The notes under the pieces are model-generated. The model was not told the DNA's origin and did not search any database. It saw nothing but the letters and a program-made list of their open reading frames with translations. Shown here one piece after another: positions 1 to 20,480 of a stretch of DNA of 64,000 nucleotides. Every line of letters starts with the position of its first letter. Position 1 is the stretch's first letter. The translations under genes were made by a program, and so were the position numbers. Origin of the DNA: the human T2T-CHM13v2.0 reference genome, Homo sapiens; assembly GCF_009914755.1 (NCBI RefSeq), contig NC_060943.1; one strand, 5' to 3'.

Positions 1-314
1 TTTTTGTACTTTTTGTAGAGACTGGATTTCATCATGTTTCCCAGGCTGTCTCCAACTCCTGAAATCAAGTGATCCGCCCGCCTCGGCCTCCCACAGTGCT
101 GGGATTACAGGTGTGAGCCACCGCACCCGGGATTGTTATTCTTCACTTTGAATCCCACATGTTATTTAAAGCTAAGACCTGAGGCAAAAAAAAATCACTT
201 CTATATTTCAACTAATACTATTTTATTACTAGGTAATAAGTCCCAATATTTACATTTATGTACACATACACACACATTTCCTTTCTATACCATTAAGATA
301 ATGGTAGACCTTTA

Positions 315-634
<320 letters not shown>

Positions 635-712
635 TCAAAAAAAAAAAAAAAAAAAAGCTATTGGTAATTGAATTTATCTTTATTGAACAAATCCTCTTCA
701 TTGCATGCTTTA

Positions 713-946
<234 letters not shown>

Positions 947-1057
947 CTACTCAGGAGGCTGAGGCAGGAGAATGGCTTGAACCCGGGAGGCGGAGGTTGC
1001 AGTAAGCAGAGATCGTGCCATTGCAGTACAGCCTGGGCGACAGAGAGAGTCTCCGTC

Positions 1058-1156
1058 AAAAAAGAAAAAGAAGAGAAAAGAAAAAGAGAAAGGAAGGAAG
1101 GGAGGAAGGGAGGAAGGGAGGACGAGAGGAAGGGAGGAAGGGAGGGAGGGAAAAGA
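1058..1156 (+). repeat. Polypurine (GAAA/GGAA/GGGA)n low-complexity tract extending an Alu tail
   Basis: aaaaagaaaaagaagagaaaag...ggaaggaagggaggaagggaggaaggg directly after the Alu at ~775-1060. Confidence 0.85.
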
Positions 1157-1179
1157 AATTCCTGGGCAGATGAAAGTGA

Positions 1180-3520
<2,341 letters not shown>

Positions 3521-4289
3521 AAAAGAAAGTCACCAGGTGTGGTGGCTCACGCCTGTAATCCCAGCACCTGGGGAGGCTGAGGTGGGCGGATCACCTGAGA
3601 TCAGGAGTTTGAGACTATCCTGGCCAACATGGTGAAACCCCGTCTCTACTAAAATACAAAAATTAGCCGGGTGTGGTGGCGCATGCCTTTAATCACAGCT
3701 ACTCTGGGTGCGGAAGTTGCAGTGAGCCAAGATCGTGCCACTGCACTCCAGCCTGGGCGACAGAGCAAGACTTTGTCTCGAAAAAAATAGAAAGTTAACA
3801 GTTTTGTTTATTTTCCTACCAGGTTTTTATTATTATTATTATTATTCTAATTGAAATCACTGTTTCCTACATACTGAGGCGGATTGGCTTTGTCTTCTTG
3901 GAAACAAAGGTTATTTTCCTCACTCACACTGGAGCGGGGATACTCACCAGACACAAGTTGAGATGATGCTGGATGTAAACGGGTCATCTATTTTTACCAA
4001 AGGCAGCACTACCTGCCTTCCCAATTGATCAGAAAAGCATTTGATAGTTGTCTTTGTAATATCCTTATTTGATTAAATTACTATGTGGATTTCACATTTA
4101 TTTTTATTGTTTTGTGCCTGTTTATTCTATGCCTAAGTTGGGGTATCACCAGGTCATTTCCTCCACCATCTGTGTTTCCCCAAGGATAAATCCTCCTGCT
4201 CATGCCCTTCACTCCTCCATTAGCCCATTCCCTAGAAAGCTGCTGGTTTTACACAGTGGCTGTGTGTCTTTGCCTTCTTAATGTAGCAT

Positions 4290-4520
4290 TCAGAGTCCCA
4301 CTCTGGAGCCAGGTATCAAATCCTAGCCCAGCCACTTACAGGCTATGTAGCACTGGCCAAGGTACTGAACTTCTCTGTGCCTCTGTTATTTTGATGTTAA
4401 AATGGAGTTATTTAGGATCTACTTTACAGGACTGTTGTGATGGAAATGGGTTAACATACAGAAAGCACTGAGAACAGAGTCAAATATGCCCTGACTGCTT
4501 AAAGGTTAGTTATTATGATC
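4290..4520 (+). mobile_element. MIR SINE remnant
   Basis: MIR core-like text: tcaaatcctagcccagccacttac...gaacttctctgtgcctctg...aaaatggag...ctactttacaggactgttgtga. Confidence 0.7.
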
Positions 4521-4636
4521 CCTGATGCTATTACTACTCTTACTGATATCATCGTGCCTCAGGTCTAACTGCTCCCAGAGTTACACACCAGCATGTCCAA
4601 CAGCTGGCTGTATATCTGAACTCAAAAATCCAATAA

Positions 4637-5279
<643 letters not shown>

Positions 5280-5941
5280 TATGGAGTATATGTGGATGAA
5301 ACTCCTTGGAGAAATGGACTAGTACACAGTCTTATAATGTGAGGATTCAGAACATAATTCCTAATGTGGGGAAGTCAAGCAGACATTTCATCAGTGGAGT
5401 ACCAGGAGATTCAAACTCTGTACCCAACAGTGATAGGGGGACAATCTAAGCCCCAAGAGGCTGCATGCCTGATGGAGCAGATGAAACACATGGCTGTAAT
5501 TAGCTCCCACCCCTTCGATACGTTCTCAACTCCACCAAAGCCTCAGCCTGTATGAGGGTGGAAAGTGGGGAGGGAGAGTGCAGGGAAGAAGGCACAGCTT
5601 CCACCACACTAGGTGACCAGGCGCTTCTCACCATTTTAACTCCTCCATCTCTCTCAAGCCTCATGTTAAGTCTATCAAACATCATATGCTTTCTCAATAT
5701 AAAATATGCACCAATTTCTCCCTTTCCACTGATATAATCCTAGTCTCAACCCCTGTCATCTTTTTGATGGATTAGGAATGCCTTCTCTGGGTCCCGGGCC
5801 CCCTCTGTTTCACCAGCCTGGAATTGGCACAGGAGTCACAGCATTAGCCTTGCCCTCTGCCACCCTTGTAATTCATAAATCTCTGAAAACTTAAAAGTTT
5901 GAGCAAAAGTTTGTCATGTTTCTATGAGTAATTTATAATAA

Positions 5942-6184
<243 letters not shown>

Positions 6185-6742
6185 TAACCATGTTGGTCAG
6201 GCTGGTCTCAAACTCCTGACCTCATGATCCACCTGCCTCGGCCTCCCAAAGTGCTGGGATTACAGGCGCGAGCCACCACACCCAGCCTGTCTTTATATTT
6301 TCATTTAATGTGGACCTTGTTACATTTTACCGCAGATTTTGTATTTTTGTGTGTGTTTGTTTGTTTGTTGGTTTTTGAGACAGTCTACCTCTGTCGCCCA
6401 GGCTGCAGTGCAGTGGCACAATTTCAGCTCACTGCAACCTCCGCCTCTGTGGTTCAAACAATTCTTCTGCTCAGCCTCCTGAATAGCTGGGACTACAGGC
6501 ACGCGCCACTACGCCTGGCTAATTTTTGCATTTTTAGTAGAGATGGGGTTTCACCATATTGGCCAGGCTGGTCTCGAACTCTTGACCTCGTGATCCGCCC
6601 ACCTCGGCCTCCAAAAGTGCTGGGATTACAGGCATGGTTTTTTTTTTGTTCGTTTTGTTTTGTTTTTTTTTTAGAGACTTGGTCTCCTTCCATTTCCCAG
6701 GCCAGAGTTCAGTAGGGCGGTCATAATCCACTGTAGCCATGA

Positions 6743-7126
<384 letters not shown>

Positions 7127-7204
7127 TAGCCTGCAGAAATATTAATGTGTTTGTTTATGACCTGTTGACCCAGGACCAGTGATGGTATAGAACACTGTAT
7201 TAGA

Positions 7205-7378
7205 GACATGGAGCTGGGGCTGGATGAAGATTCCATCAGTAATTCAATCAACAGACAAGTGTTATCCAATCACGTCTTTAAATCAATCACTGACATGGAG
7301 CTGGGGCTGGATGAAGATTCCATCAGTAATTCAATCAACAGACAAGTGTTATCCAATCACGTCTTTAAATCAATCACT
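7205..7378 (+). promoter_or_regulatory. ZSCAN4 proximal promoter: 2 x 87-bp perfect tandem duplication carrying DUX4-type motifs
   Basis: 7205-7291 is identical to 7292-7378. Each copy has TAATTCAATCA (7240/7327), TTATCCAATCA (7262/7349) and TAAATCAATCA (7279/7366). The DUX4 consensus is TAAYYYAATCA, and ZSCAN4 is an established direct DUX4 target. Confidence 0.9.
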
Positions 7379-7390
7379 GATCCCAGCCCC

Positions 7391-7397
7391 TATAAAA
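7391..7397 (+). promoter_or_regulatory. TATA box of ZSCAN4
   Basis: TATAAAAG 13 bp after the DUX4-motif array, followed ~100 bp later by a consensus splice donor (GAG|GTAAG at 7496/7497). Confidence 0.8.
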
Positions 7398-7419
7398 GGG
7401 AGCAGCCTTAGGAGGCACA

Positions 7420-7496
7420 TCAGATAAACCCAGTGTGGAAAGCTAGTCACACATCAGCTCAGTGTTCGGCCCGGGATTACCCAGTCAACCAAGGAG
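7420..7496 (+). other. ZSCAN4: Non-coding 5' exon of ZSCAN4 (TATA-driven; start approximate)
   Basis: Lies ~30 bp downstream of the TATA box and ends at AAGGAG|GTAAG. The next acceptor is tttctag (12969) or ttgcag (12976), just before the ATG. Confidence 0.65.
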
Positions 7497-7520
7497 GTAA
7501 GCTTCCATAATGGAAGGAAA

Positions 7521-7598
7521 ATTTTGTGCCTTTGAGTGTGTATACATTTTGTGTCTTTGAGTGTGTATACATAATTTTGTGTCTTTGAGTGTGTATAC
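7521..7598 (+). repeat. 25-bp tandem repeat x3 at the start of the ZSCAN4 intron
   Basis: ATTTTGTG(C/T)CTTTGAGTGTGTATAC at 7521, 7546 and 7574. Confidence 0.9.
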
Positions 7599-9389
7599 AT
7601 GTGTATGTAGGCATAGCTATTTCAGGAAAATTCCTAACTACAGAGATATGGGGGTCTCCCAGGTGTAGGGAATGGTCTTTTGTTACAACAGCTCTGACCC
7701 AAAAGGGCTTGATGTTGTGAACTCTGTATAAAGGCCTGGTGTGACTGAAGATTTTTCTTCAAAAAGTCTATCGTATGACTTTATGTTCTAGTAATTCTTT
7801 TTTTTTTTTCGAGACAAGATCTCTATCACCCAGGCTAAAGTTTAGTAGCCCCAATCACAGCTCACTGCAGCTTCAGCCTCCCCAGGCTCAAGTGATCCTT
7901 CCACCTTAGCTTCCTGAGCAGCTGGGACCACAGGCGCACACCACCACACCAGGTTAATTTTTCTATTTTTTGTAGAGGCAGGATTTTGCCATGTTGCCCA
8001 GTGTGGTCTCAAACTCCTGGCCTCCAGTGATTTGCCCACTTTCAGCCTCCAAAAGTGCTGGGATTACAGATGTGAGCCACTGTGCCCAGCTTAGTAATTC
8101 CTTTGTATTGCATTATATGAAATATGTAGCTGGGTGTCATTAGAGATCATAAAGCCCAGGATACAGACCCAGACCTGACGGGTAGCATGCCTGCGTCACA
8201 GTTTGTAATTGCCAGACTCCAGATTAGAGCTCCGGTAGCCTTGTTTTGAATTCCCAGGTTCTGGGAAATAAGCCATAATACTTTGCAGTCTTGTCTATGT
8301 GGGACGGAGTGCATGTCTCCAAGTGTGAACATGTGGTCTGTGTGTCATAGGGGAGAAAGGGTGGGTAATCCAAAAAGAGAACTTGGAGGGAAGTGAAATG
8401 AAGGGGAAGCCATGGGTTCCACAGGAAAAAAAAAAAAAAAGAGAGAGAGAGAGACCAATGTCCCTGGATATAGAGAACCAGCCACAACACCTAAGATGGA
8501 GCTTGAGAAGTGTAGAGCTGGCCCAGGAAAGCCTCGTAGGACAAGGACTCAGTGCTTTTCCCTGAGGGCAAAGGGGAGCCATCCAGAGAGTAGAGTGGGG
8601 TATGATGTGAGCAGATTAGCATTTTATAAACGTTGACTGGAAGCATTATGACAACTGGGTTAGGGAAAGGCAAGAATGTGTTCCATTGTCTCCTAGGAGA
8701 TTTTACCAGGATCACCTCTGCCTTATTAACTGATGCGATCAGGGTAGCAGATCTGGTCTAATCAGACCAGATGAGATTAACACAAAGCAGGAAATAACAT
8801 TAACTAACAGAAATCAGTTAGGTTTTTGTGTGTCCACGTATTACTCCTACCATTTTCTGATTTTATGGCATGAAATTTGCTTTTTTCAAAATTGCACAAA
8901 TCTTTGAAATGTTAACCATATATAAAATTGGAGAAAAAACACAAAAATAGCAATGATATATTAACAGAAAAGGGATTAAATTCTTTATCCATTCAGGATT
9001 TCAAAGGGTGTGTCTCTAGTTGTCCAGATAATCTGATTTGGGATTAGAAATCAATTTCAAGCAATGCAAACTCACTTTTACTTCTGAATCCTAAACATCA
9101 GTAGGAAAGGACAGGGAGTAAAAACAGATAAACATAAAATAGTAGCTTTGGTTAAAGCAGTAAAGTTCTAAGGAATGGTAACTGTTAATGGGAAAAAAAT
9201 TCAAGCAGAAAAGGTGCTAAGAATGTTTCCTAAGGAATGTATCCTTTCACAACACAGTGGGTGTAGCTGGTAGTGGCCTTGCAGATGTCTGTGCCTAATA
9301 AGTTTTCAGCCAGAGAAAGGTGTCATTTGTATGGATTCTGGCTTGTCTTTTCTATTTCATTCACTTCTTTCTCTTTTTCTTGTTTTCCC

Positions 9390-10660
<1,271 letters not shown>

Positions 10661-10704
10661 TTTCTGATGATGATGATGATTATTATTATTATTATTATTA
10701 TTGA

Positions 10705-11058
<354 letters not shown>

Positions 11059-11104
11059 TAATAGACATCTCCCTAAATTCACCTAGGCTAATATTTGGTG
11101 AATA

Positions 11105-11705
11105 TTTTATTTTATTTTAGATTCAGGGAGTACATGTGCATGTTTGTTACAAAAGTATTCTGCATATTGGTGGAAATTGGACTTCTAGTGTACCTATTAC
11201 TTAAATAGTGAACATTGTACCCAATGGGTAATTTTTCAATACCCATTTCCCTCCCAACTCCCCCGCTGGAGTCCCCAGCATCTGTTATTTCCATCCTTAT
11301 GTCCATGTGTACCCACTGTTTAGCTTCTACTTATAAGTGAGAACATGCGGTATTTGGTTTTCTGTTTCTGAGTTAGTTCACTTAAGATAATGGCCTCCAG
11401 CTCCAACTATGTTGCTGCAAAGGACTAATTTCATTCTTTTTTATGGCTGCATAATATTCCATGGTATGTATTTCACATTTTCTTTATCCAGTCAACCACT
11501 GGTAGACTCTTAGGTTGGTTCCATGACTTTGCTCCTGTGACTAGTGCTGCAATCAAAATATGAGTGCAGGTGTCTTTTTTTATATAATGATTTCTTTCCT
11601 TTTGAGTAGATACTGAGCTGGATCAAATGATGGTTCTATTTTTAGTTCTCTGAGAAATCTCCATACTGTTTTCCATAGAGGTTAACTGATTTGCATCCCC
11701 ACCAA
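11105..11705 (-). mobile_element. L1 3' fragment (L1PB-like)
   Basis: agattcagggagtacatgtgcatgtttgttac...ataagtgagaacatgcggtatttggttttctg...ttttagttctctgagaaatctccatactgttttccatag. Confidence 0.8.
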
Positions 11706-12050
11706 ATTTATTGAATACTCTTTGTAAACAAAATCAAGACTCTATAAATATGTTTGAAATATTTTCTTTCCTTATTTCACTGGTTAGGGAGCAATCCAAT
11801 GTTTCATAGAGATGATAGCTCAAGCAGAAAACTTTTAACAATAAATTTTGTTGTAACTACTTTATAAAATATTTTTCACATCAAGTTTTTTTTTTTTTTT
11901 TTTTTAAGAGTCTCACTCTGTCACCCAGGCAGGAGCTCAGTGGCATGATCCTGGCTCATTGCCACGCCCACTTCCCGGGTTCAAGGGATTCTCCTGCCTC
12001 CACCACTGAAGTAGCTGGGTTTACAGGCACGTGCCACCATACCCAGCTAA

Positions 12051-12200
<150 letters not shown>

Positions 12201-12316
12201 TGAGTAGCTAGGACTACAGGTGCATGCCATCATGCCTGGCTGATTTTTGTATTTTTAGTAGAGATGGGGTTTCACCATATTGGTCAGGCTGGTCTCGAAA
12301 TCCTGACCTCAGGTGA

Positions 12317-12640
<324 letters not shown>

Positions 12641-13074
12641 TAAATTGCATTGATTTTTGAATTTTAACCCAAACTTCCTGCATTTTGGAAATGAACACCA
12701 TTTGCGATGTATATGTGAGTAGATTTTATTTTCAAATATTTTGTTTTGGATAATTTTAATGTATTTGTAAAATTTTGTTATCAGGAAGTGCTGACCTCAG
12801 TAACTAAAGTGGGTAGTGCTTCCTCTTATATGCTCTGGGAGAGTTTATGTTAAGTTATAATTATTTCTTTGAATTCATCCATAGAGCCATGTAGGCCTAA
12901 CTTTTTGGTTGATTTGTCTTTAATTATGCCAGTGGTGCAATTAATTACTCATCTCTTTTCTATTTCTAGCTTGCAGTTTTAAAGAATCCACCAACTGTTG
13001 AAACAAATCCCTAGAGACACAAGGCAAGAGACTGAATCATCAAAGTAAAGTCTCTCTGAGAATTATTGCTAAGA

Positions 13075-13470
13075 ATGGCTTTAGATCTAAGAACCATATT
13101 TCAGTGTGAACCATCCGAGAATAATCTTGGATCAGAAAATTCAGCGTTTCAACAAAGCCAAGGACCTGCTGTTCAGAGAGAAGAAGGGATTTCTGAGTTC
13201 TCAAGAATGGTGCTCAATTCATTTCAAGACAGCAATAATTCATATGCAAGGCAGGAATTGCAAAGACTTTATAGGATCTTTCACTCATGGCTGCAACCAG
13301 AAAAGCACAGCAAGGATGAAATTATTTCTCTATTAGTCCTGGAGCAGTTTATGATTGGTGGCCACTGCAATGACAAAGCCAGTGTGAAAGAGAAATGGAA
13401 ATCAAGTGGCAAAAACTTGGAGAGATTCATAGAAGACCTGACTGATGACAGCATAAATCCACCTGCCTTA
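13075..13470 (+). CDS. ZSCAN4: ZSCAN4 coding exon 1 (SCAN domain)
   Basis: [17 protein letters not shown]...[35 protein letters not shown] (SCAN). Donor TTA|GTGAGT; 396 nt. The three exons total 1302 nt = 433 aa. Confidence 0.97.
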
Positions 13471-13707
13471 GTGAGTACAGGGTTCTAACTTCTGGGATGA
13501 GAGACAAAGGAAAGTAAGGAATAAATCACAGTCAGTTAGAGTTGTCTGGAAGTTAGAGAAGCTATTGGAGGTCCAGTTATTAGTCAGCTCACACTCTCCC
13601 ACCATTCTCACAAAGAATAATCTTCAATGTCCTAAGTTCTCAAGAAAAAAAGCAAAAAGGTATATATCTGTTTATTCTGTAGGACATATAGGAGCCAAAC
13701 ATATTGA

Positions 13708-13998
<291 letters not shown>

Positions 13999-14110
13999 TG
14001 AAATTGACATTTAAATGAAGACATCAAGGTTGAGGAAGAAATGTCTTGACAAGAGCTTGTTCTTCTGTCAGGGAACTCTAATCAAGAAAGACATTCTAAA
14101 GAAGCAATTA

Positions 14111-14705
14111 CGGTAGATCCTTATTCTCAGAGCCCATATTTGCAAAATTGCTAAAATTTATTTGTAAGCTTAAAATAAATACCTGAGGCATCTTCTCCGT
14201 CATTTTCAGATATGTGCAGGTGGTAAAATATTTGATTTACCTTAGGTGCATGTTTCCAGGTGAGGTTGAACAAGGCCACAACCTCACTTCCTATTTTGGT
14301 TCCTACAGTGTAAATAAGTGTCCTTTTCACAGTCTATTTAGTGGCACATTTTTTTTTTTGCTTTTTATTGATAACTTTGTTGTTTAAAGTGACACTGAAG
14401 TAAAATGCTGAAACACTGTCTAGTCTTCCTAAGTGCAGGAAAGTTGCTATGTATTATGGAGATAATACATGTGTTGGATCCTCTGAGTTCAGGATTAATC
14501 AATAATATATATTAAATGGGGTGTCTTTGAACATATACACACATAAAACAAACTCATGTATTGATCAGTTGACAAAAATAATGTAGCCAGAAGCTCACAG
14601 GAAACTAACCCTGAATTTTTCCTAGGGGAAATGATTCAGTACTTGTAAATTCAATGTCCATGTGACTTTATTAAACATAAGAGCTTGTAGTAACAAGAAT
14701 AACAC
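14111..14705. mobile_element. MER44/Tigger7-type DNA transposon
   Basis: MER44-like text: gtgaggttgaacaaggccac...aaataagtgtccttttcacagtctatttagtg...gaagctcacaggaaactaaccctg...aacaagaataac. Confidence 0.7.
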
Positions 14706-14842
14706 CATCAGAGATGGTGGACAAAATATGTGATAGCCAATACTTGAGGGAGCTTGTGAGAGCCTGTTAAGGACCACTTTTCCAAAAAGTCTTCTGTTAC
14801 ACAACAGATTCAGATACAACAGTGATCTGGCTTTCTTTACAG

Positions 14843-15008
14843 GTCCACGTCCACATGCAGGGACAGGAAGCTCTCTTTTCTGAGGATATGCCCTTAAGAG
14901 ATGTCATTGTTCATCTCACAAAACAAGTGAATGCCCAAACCACAAGAGAAGCAAACATGGGGACACCCTCCCAGACTTCCCAAGATACTTCCTTAGAAAC
15001 AGGACAAG
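14843..15008 (+). CDS. ZSCAN4: ZSCAN4 coding exon 2
   Basis: ttctttacag|GTCCAC gives [18 protein letters not shown]...ETGQ-G|gtaagt; 166 nt. Confidence 0.96.
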
Positions 15009-15094
15009 GTAAGTCAGGTGAATCTGCACAACTGAGGAGTGTTCTATGTGGACCCCTTCTTAAGTACAACTTCATTGAGTGTCTATTTTCACAG

Positions 15095-15834
15095 GATATG
15101 AAGATGAACAAGATGGCTGGAACAGTTCTTCGAAAACTACTCGAGTAAATGAAAATATTACTAATCAAGGCAATCAAATAGTTTCCCTAATCATCATCCA
15201 GGAAGAGAACGGTCCTAGGCCTGAAGAGGGAGGTGTTTCTTCTGACAACCCATACAACTCAAAAAGAGCAGAGCTAGTCACTGCTAGATCTCAGGAAGGG
15301 TCCATAAATGGAATCACTTTCCAAGGTGTCCCTATGGTGATGGGAGCAGGGTGTATCTCTCAACCAGAGCAGTCCTCCCCTGAGTCTGCCCTTACCCACC
15401 AGAGCAATGAGGGAAATTCCACATGTGAGGTACATCAGAAAGGATCCCATGGAGTCCAAAAATCATACAAATGTGAAGAATGCCCCAAGGTCTTTAAGTA
15501 TCTCTGTCACTTATTAGCTCACCAGAGAAGACACAGGAATGAGAGGCCATTTGTTTGTCCCGAGTGTCAAAAAGGCTTCTTCCAGATATCAGACCTACGG
15601 GTGCATCAGATAATTCACACAGGAAAGAAGCCTTTCACATGCAGCATGTGTAAAAAGTCCTTCAGCCACAAAACCAACCTGCGGTCTCATGAGAGAATCC
15701 ACACAGGAGAAAAGCCTTATACATGTCCCTTTTGTAAGACAAGCTACCGCCAGTCATCCACATACCACCGCCATATGAGGACTCATGAGAAAATTACCCT
15801 GCCAAGTGTTCCCTCCACACCAGAAGCTTCCTAA
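15095..15834 (+). CDS. ZSCAN4: ZSCAN4 coding exon 3 (4 C2H2 zinc fingers)
   Basis: ttttcacag|GATAT after an 86-nt intron. Four C2H2 fingers (YKCEEC, FVCPEC, FTCSMC, YTCPFC); ends PSTPEAS-TAA. Confidence 0.97.
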
Positions 15835-16048
15835 GCTGCTGGTCTGATAATGTGTATAAATATGTATGCAAGTATGTATATTCCTATAGTATTTATCTAC
15901 TTAGGATATAAGATATAATCTCCTGATTATGCTTTCAATTTATTGTCTTGCTTCATTAAAATGTAAGGCTAAGGAGAGCATGGAATTTGTCAGTTTTGTT
16001 CACTAAAGTATTCCAAGTGGTTGGGAAAGTGGAACATTTCCAAGAACC

Positions 16049-16069
16049 AATAAATTTCTGTTGAATAAA
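16049..16069 (+). terminator. ZSCAN4 polyadenylation signals
   Basis: AATAAA at 16049 and 16064, ~220 nt after the stop codon. Confidence 0.75.
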
Positions 16070-16269
16070 TGAATGAATCCATAATGTTGATATCCTTTTT
16101 TAAAAAAAGAGATGGGGCCGGCCGCAGTGGTTCGGCCTCCCAAAGTGCTGGGATTACAAGCGTGAGTGACCGTGCCCGGCTTTTTTTTTTTTTTCTGAGT
16201 CAGAGTCTTGATCTGTCGCTCAGACTGGAGTGCCGTGGTGTGATCTTGGCTCACTGCAACCTCCACTTG

Positions 16270-18030
<1,761 letters not shown>

Positions 18031-18071
18031 GAACAAAATACAGGTTGAATATCCCTGAGCCAAAAATCTAA

Positions 18072-18266
<195 letters not shown>

Positions 18267-18699
18267 TAATTTTTGTATTTTTAGTAGAGACAGGGTTTCA
18301 CCATGTTGGCCAGGCTGGTCTCGAACTCCTGATCGCGTGATCCACCCACCTTGGCCTCCCAAAGTGCTGGGATTACAGGCGTGAACCACTGCGCCCGGCC
18401 CGCCCGACTAATTTTTGTATTTTTAGTAGAGATGGGGTTCCGCCATGTTGGCCAGCCTGGTCTCGAACTTCTGACCTCAGGTGATCCGCCCGCCTCGGCC
18501 TTCTAAAGTGCTGGGATTACAGGCGTGAGCCACCGCGCCCAACCCCCTGAAATAATATTTGTTTGCCTCTAGGGGCACCCTGAGCTTCGTGGAGTCTGAA
18601 ATAATGTCTCTAAACACTTAAGTGATCAGTTACGGAAAACACTTCCCAGAAATCTGGGAAAAGCCCCTTTAAGAAGGAGTAAATACCTCCTTCTCCCCT

Positions 18700-19380
18700 A
18701 GAGGCCGAAGTCGCCATTTCCCTGCACGGGGCACAGCACCTCAGAATACAAGTTCGCAGAGGTCAAAGCAGTGGACACACTCCGAAGAGCTCCGTGGAGT
18801 TTTGGAAACTACATTATCCAGAGTGCAGAGCGCAAAACGGCGGCGGAGTTGAGCCAATGACAGCCCAGGATAGCAACACTTCCGCGCACGCGCAGCGCGA
18901 CGGGCCGGAACTTCCGGCGTCCTCCTCGTGGCGGTCATTTTGGCCTCTGTCCTGTTTGTCCAGCCCGCCAGTTTCTGCAGTGGAGGTCGCGACTGAGGGA
19001 CGGGACAGAGAAGTCGCGAAAGTGGGCCAGAGGTTCTGCGACACCACCTCGGGTGAGCTGCGCCAGGCCCGGGATAGGGACTGTTGTGTTCGAATGCCCG
19101 CCCCGGTCGGCCGCCGCTCCCCGCCTAGTCCACGGAGCTCAATGGCGGCAGTCGCGCTGAGGGACTCGGCTCAGGTGAGTTGTGCGTCCTCCGGGTCTCG
19201 CCTACCTCCCCCAGCAGAAGCCTTAAGGCCCAGTGAGGGATGCCTGCTCACAGCCCTGCAGCCCAGGCCCCAGTACCCTGGACAAGAAGGCGCTTGTGGA
19301 TTGGACCCGTTTGTGACGCCCAGTGTGTACGGAAATGTGACGGGCAGTTGACTGGCGCGTGCAGAACTTGGAGCTGCGAC
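18700..19380 (+). promoter_or_regulatory. ZNF551 CpG-island promoter
   Basis: CpG-dense. Contains a ZNF143/SBS-like ACTACATTATCCAGAGTGC (18808-18826), CCAAT (18854), ETS sites CACTTCCG and CCGGAACTTCCGG (~18878-18918), NRF1-like GCGCACGCGC and YY1-like GCGGTCATTTT (~18930). Confidence 0.8.
19094..19174 (+). CDS. ZNF551: ZNF551 coding exon 1
   Basis: MPAPVGRRSPPSPRSSMAAVALRDSAQ|gtgagt, with a second in-frame ATG at 19142. Spliced total is 81+124+1808 = 2013 nt = 670 aa. Confidence 0.9.
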
Positions 19381-19879
19381 TAAGCTGGGGGGGATTCAGG
19401 AGCCTGGGGTCCGTCTCGGGTCTGCAGGAACATAGAGTGAGGCAGAGTTGCACCTGACGAATTTGACGATTCTGAGGACACTGGCAGCCTTCGAGATTTG
19501 TGAACAGATAGGGACACTGGGCTAGGATTTCCTAAAGCTATCCAAAAGTTGCTCAGGGGAAGAACAGGCTGAAGAGAGGTAATAGTAGTTAGGCATAGGA
19601 AGACTGAGTTCTTGTCCAAGCTCACGCAGCTGGTAAAGTCAGCACTGAGAACTGAGGTGCGGAGATAGTGCAGCCAGCCCAGGCCACCTGGCTCCAAAAC
19701 TGGACCAGGGTCATTGGGCGACCTGAGCCTCGCCACTCGTCTAGCCTTGGGCCCTGAGACTTTGAGCAAATACAAAGCCCAGAGTCTTAAGTCCAGGTTA
19801 GATTATATGAAGCTGTTGGCAGCCGGGGGAAAGGAGATGTAGAAGGTTGTCCAAGGCAAAGTTACCAGTATATGCTAAG

Positions 19880-20480
19880 TTTGGAGAGGAGGCTAAGATA
19901 GTTCAGGAACCTACAATTATTTTCTTTTCATGAGAACAGGGAGCAGTGTAGTAGAAGTCAGACCCGGAATGGTTCCCTGAGAAGTTGAGTTGTCTATTCG
20001 TTACTTAATAGTAACAGTGGGAGGTTTGGAGTGGAAGAGGGAGGTGATCTGGTTCTGGTCTTATTAGGCTCCCTGTGGCTGCAGCATGGGAAGCCAACTG
20101 AAGGATGAGGTGGGGAGACCTGGGAGGAGACTACTGGGATAGGCCAGGTGAATGTGATAGAATGTGATAGGCCAAAATGGTGGCTGTGAAGATGCGAGAA
20201 GCAGTTGGATTCTGGATTCATTTTTTAAGTAGGGCTGCCTGAATTTTTAGTTTTGAGAAAGAGAGTGGAGTCAGGGATGACTGAAAGGTTTTATTTTGGC
20301 AGTTAGAAGTGTGGAAGCTCCATCAACTAAGATGGGGAAGTACATAGTAGGAGTAGTTTTCATTTGGGATATCAGAAGTTTTATTTTTGACCTGCTAAGA
20401 GTATGAGAGCTTTCAGAGAATGGTTCATGGGCTGCTGGAACTGTAGGTCAGGAACAGTGAGGAGAGATTCAGAATGGAGA
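19880..20480 (-). mobile_element. L2 remnant in ZNF551 intron 1
   Basis: L2-like: gagaagcagttggattctggattcattttttaagtag...gagtggagtcagggatgactgaaagg...ccatcaactaagatgggga. Confidence 0.65.

Noticed and set aside
7208-7427. Two ORFs with perfect 29-aa repeats
   Set aside because: They arise because the promoter duplication is 87 bp (a multiple of 3). They lie upstream of or across the TATA box.
7205-7600. CRISPR-like array reading of the tandem repeats
   Set aside because: The repeats are head-to-tail with no unique spacers, in a eukaryotic locus with no cas genes.
18794-19093. 100-codon in-frame upstream extension of ZNF551
   Set aside because: It starts at a GTG upstream of the core promoter motifs, and its internal ATG (18857) overlaps the CCAAT box. 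Open frames are expected in GC-rich DNA.
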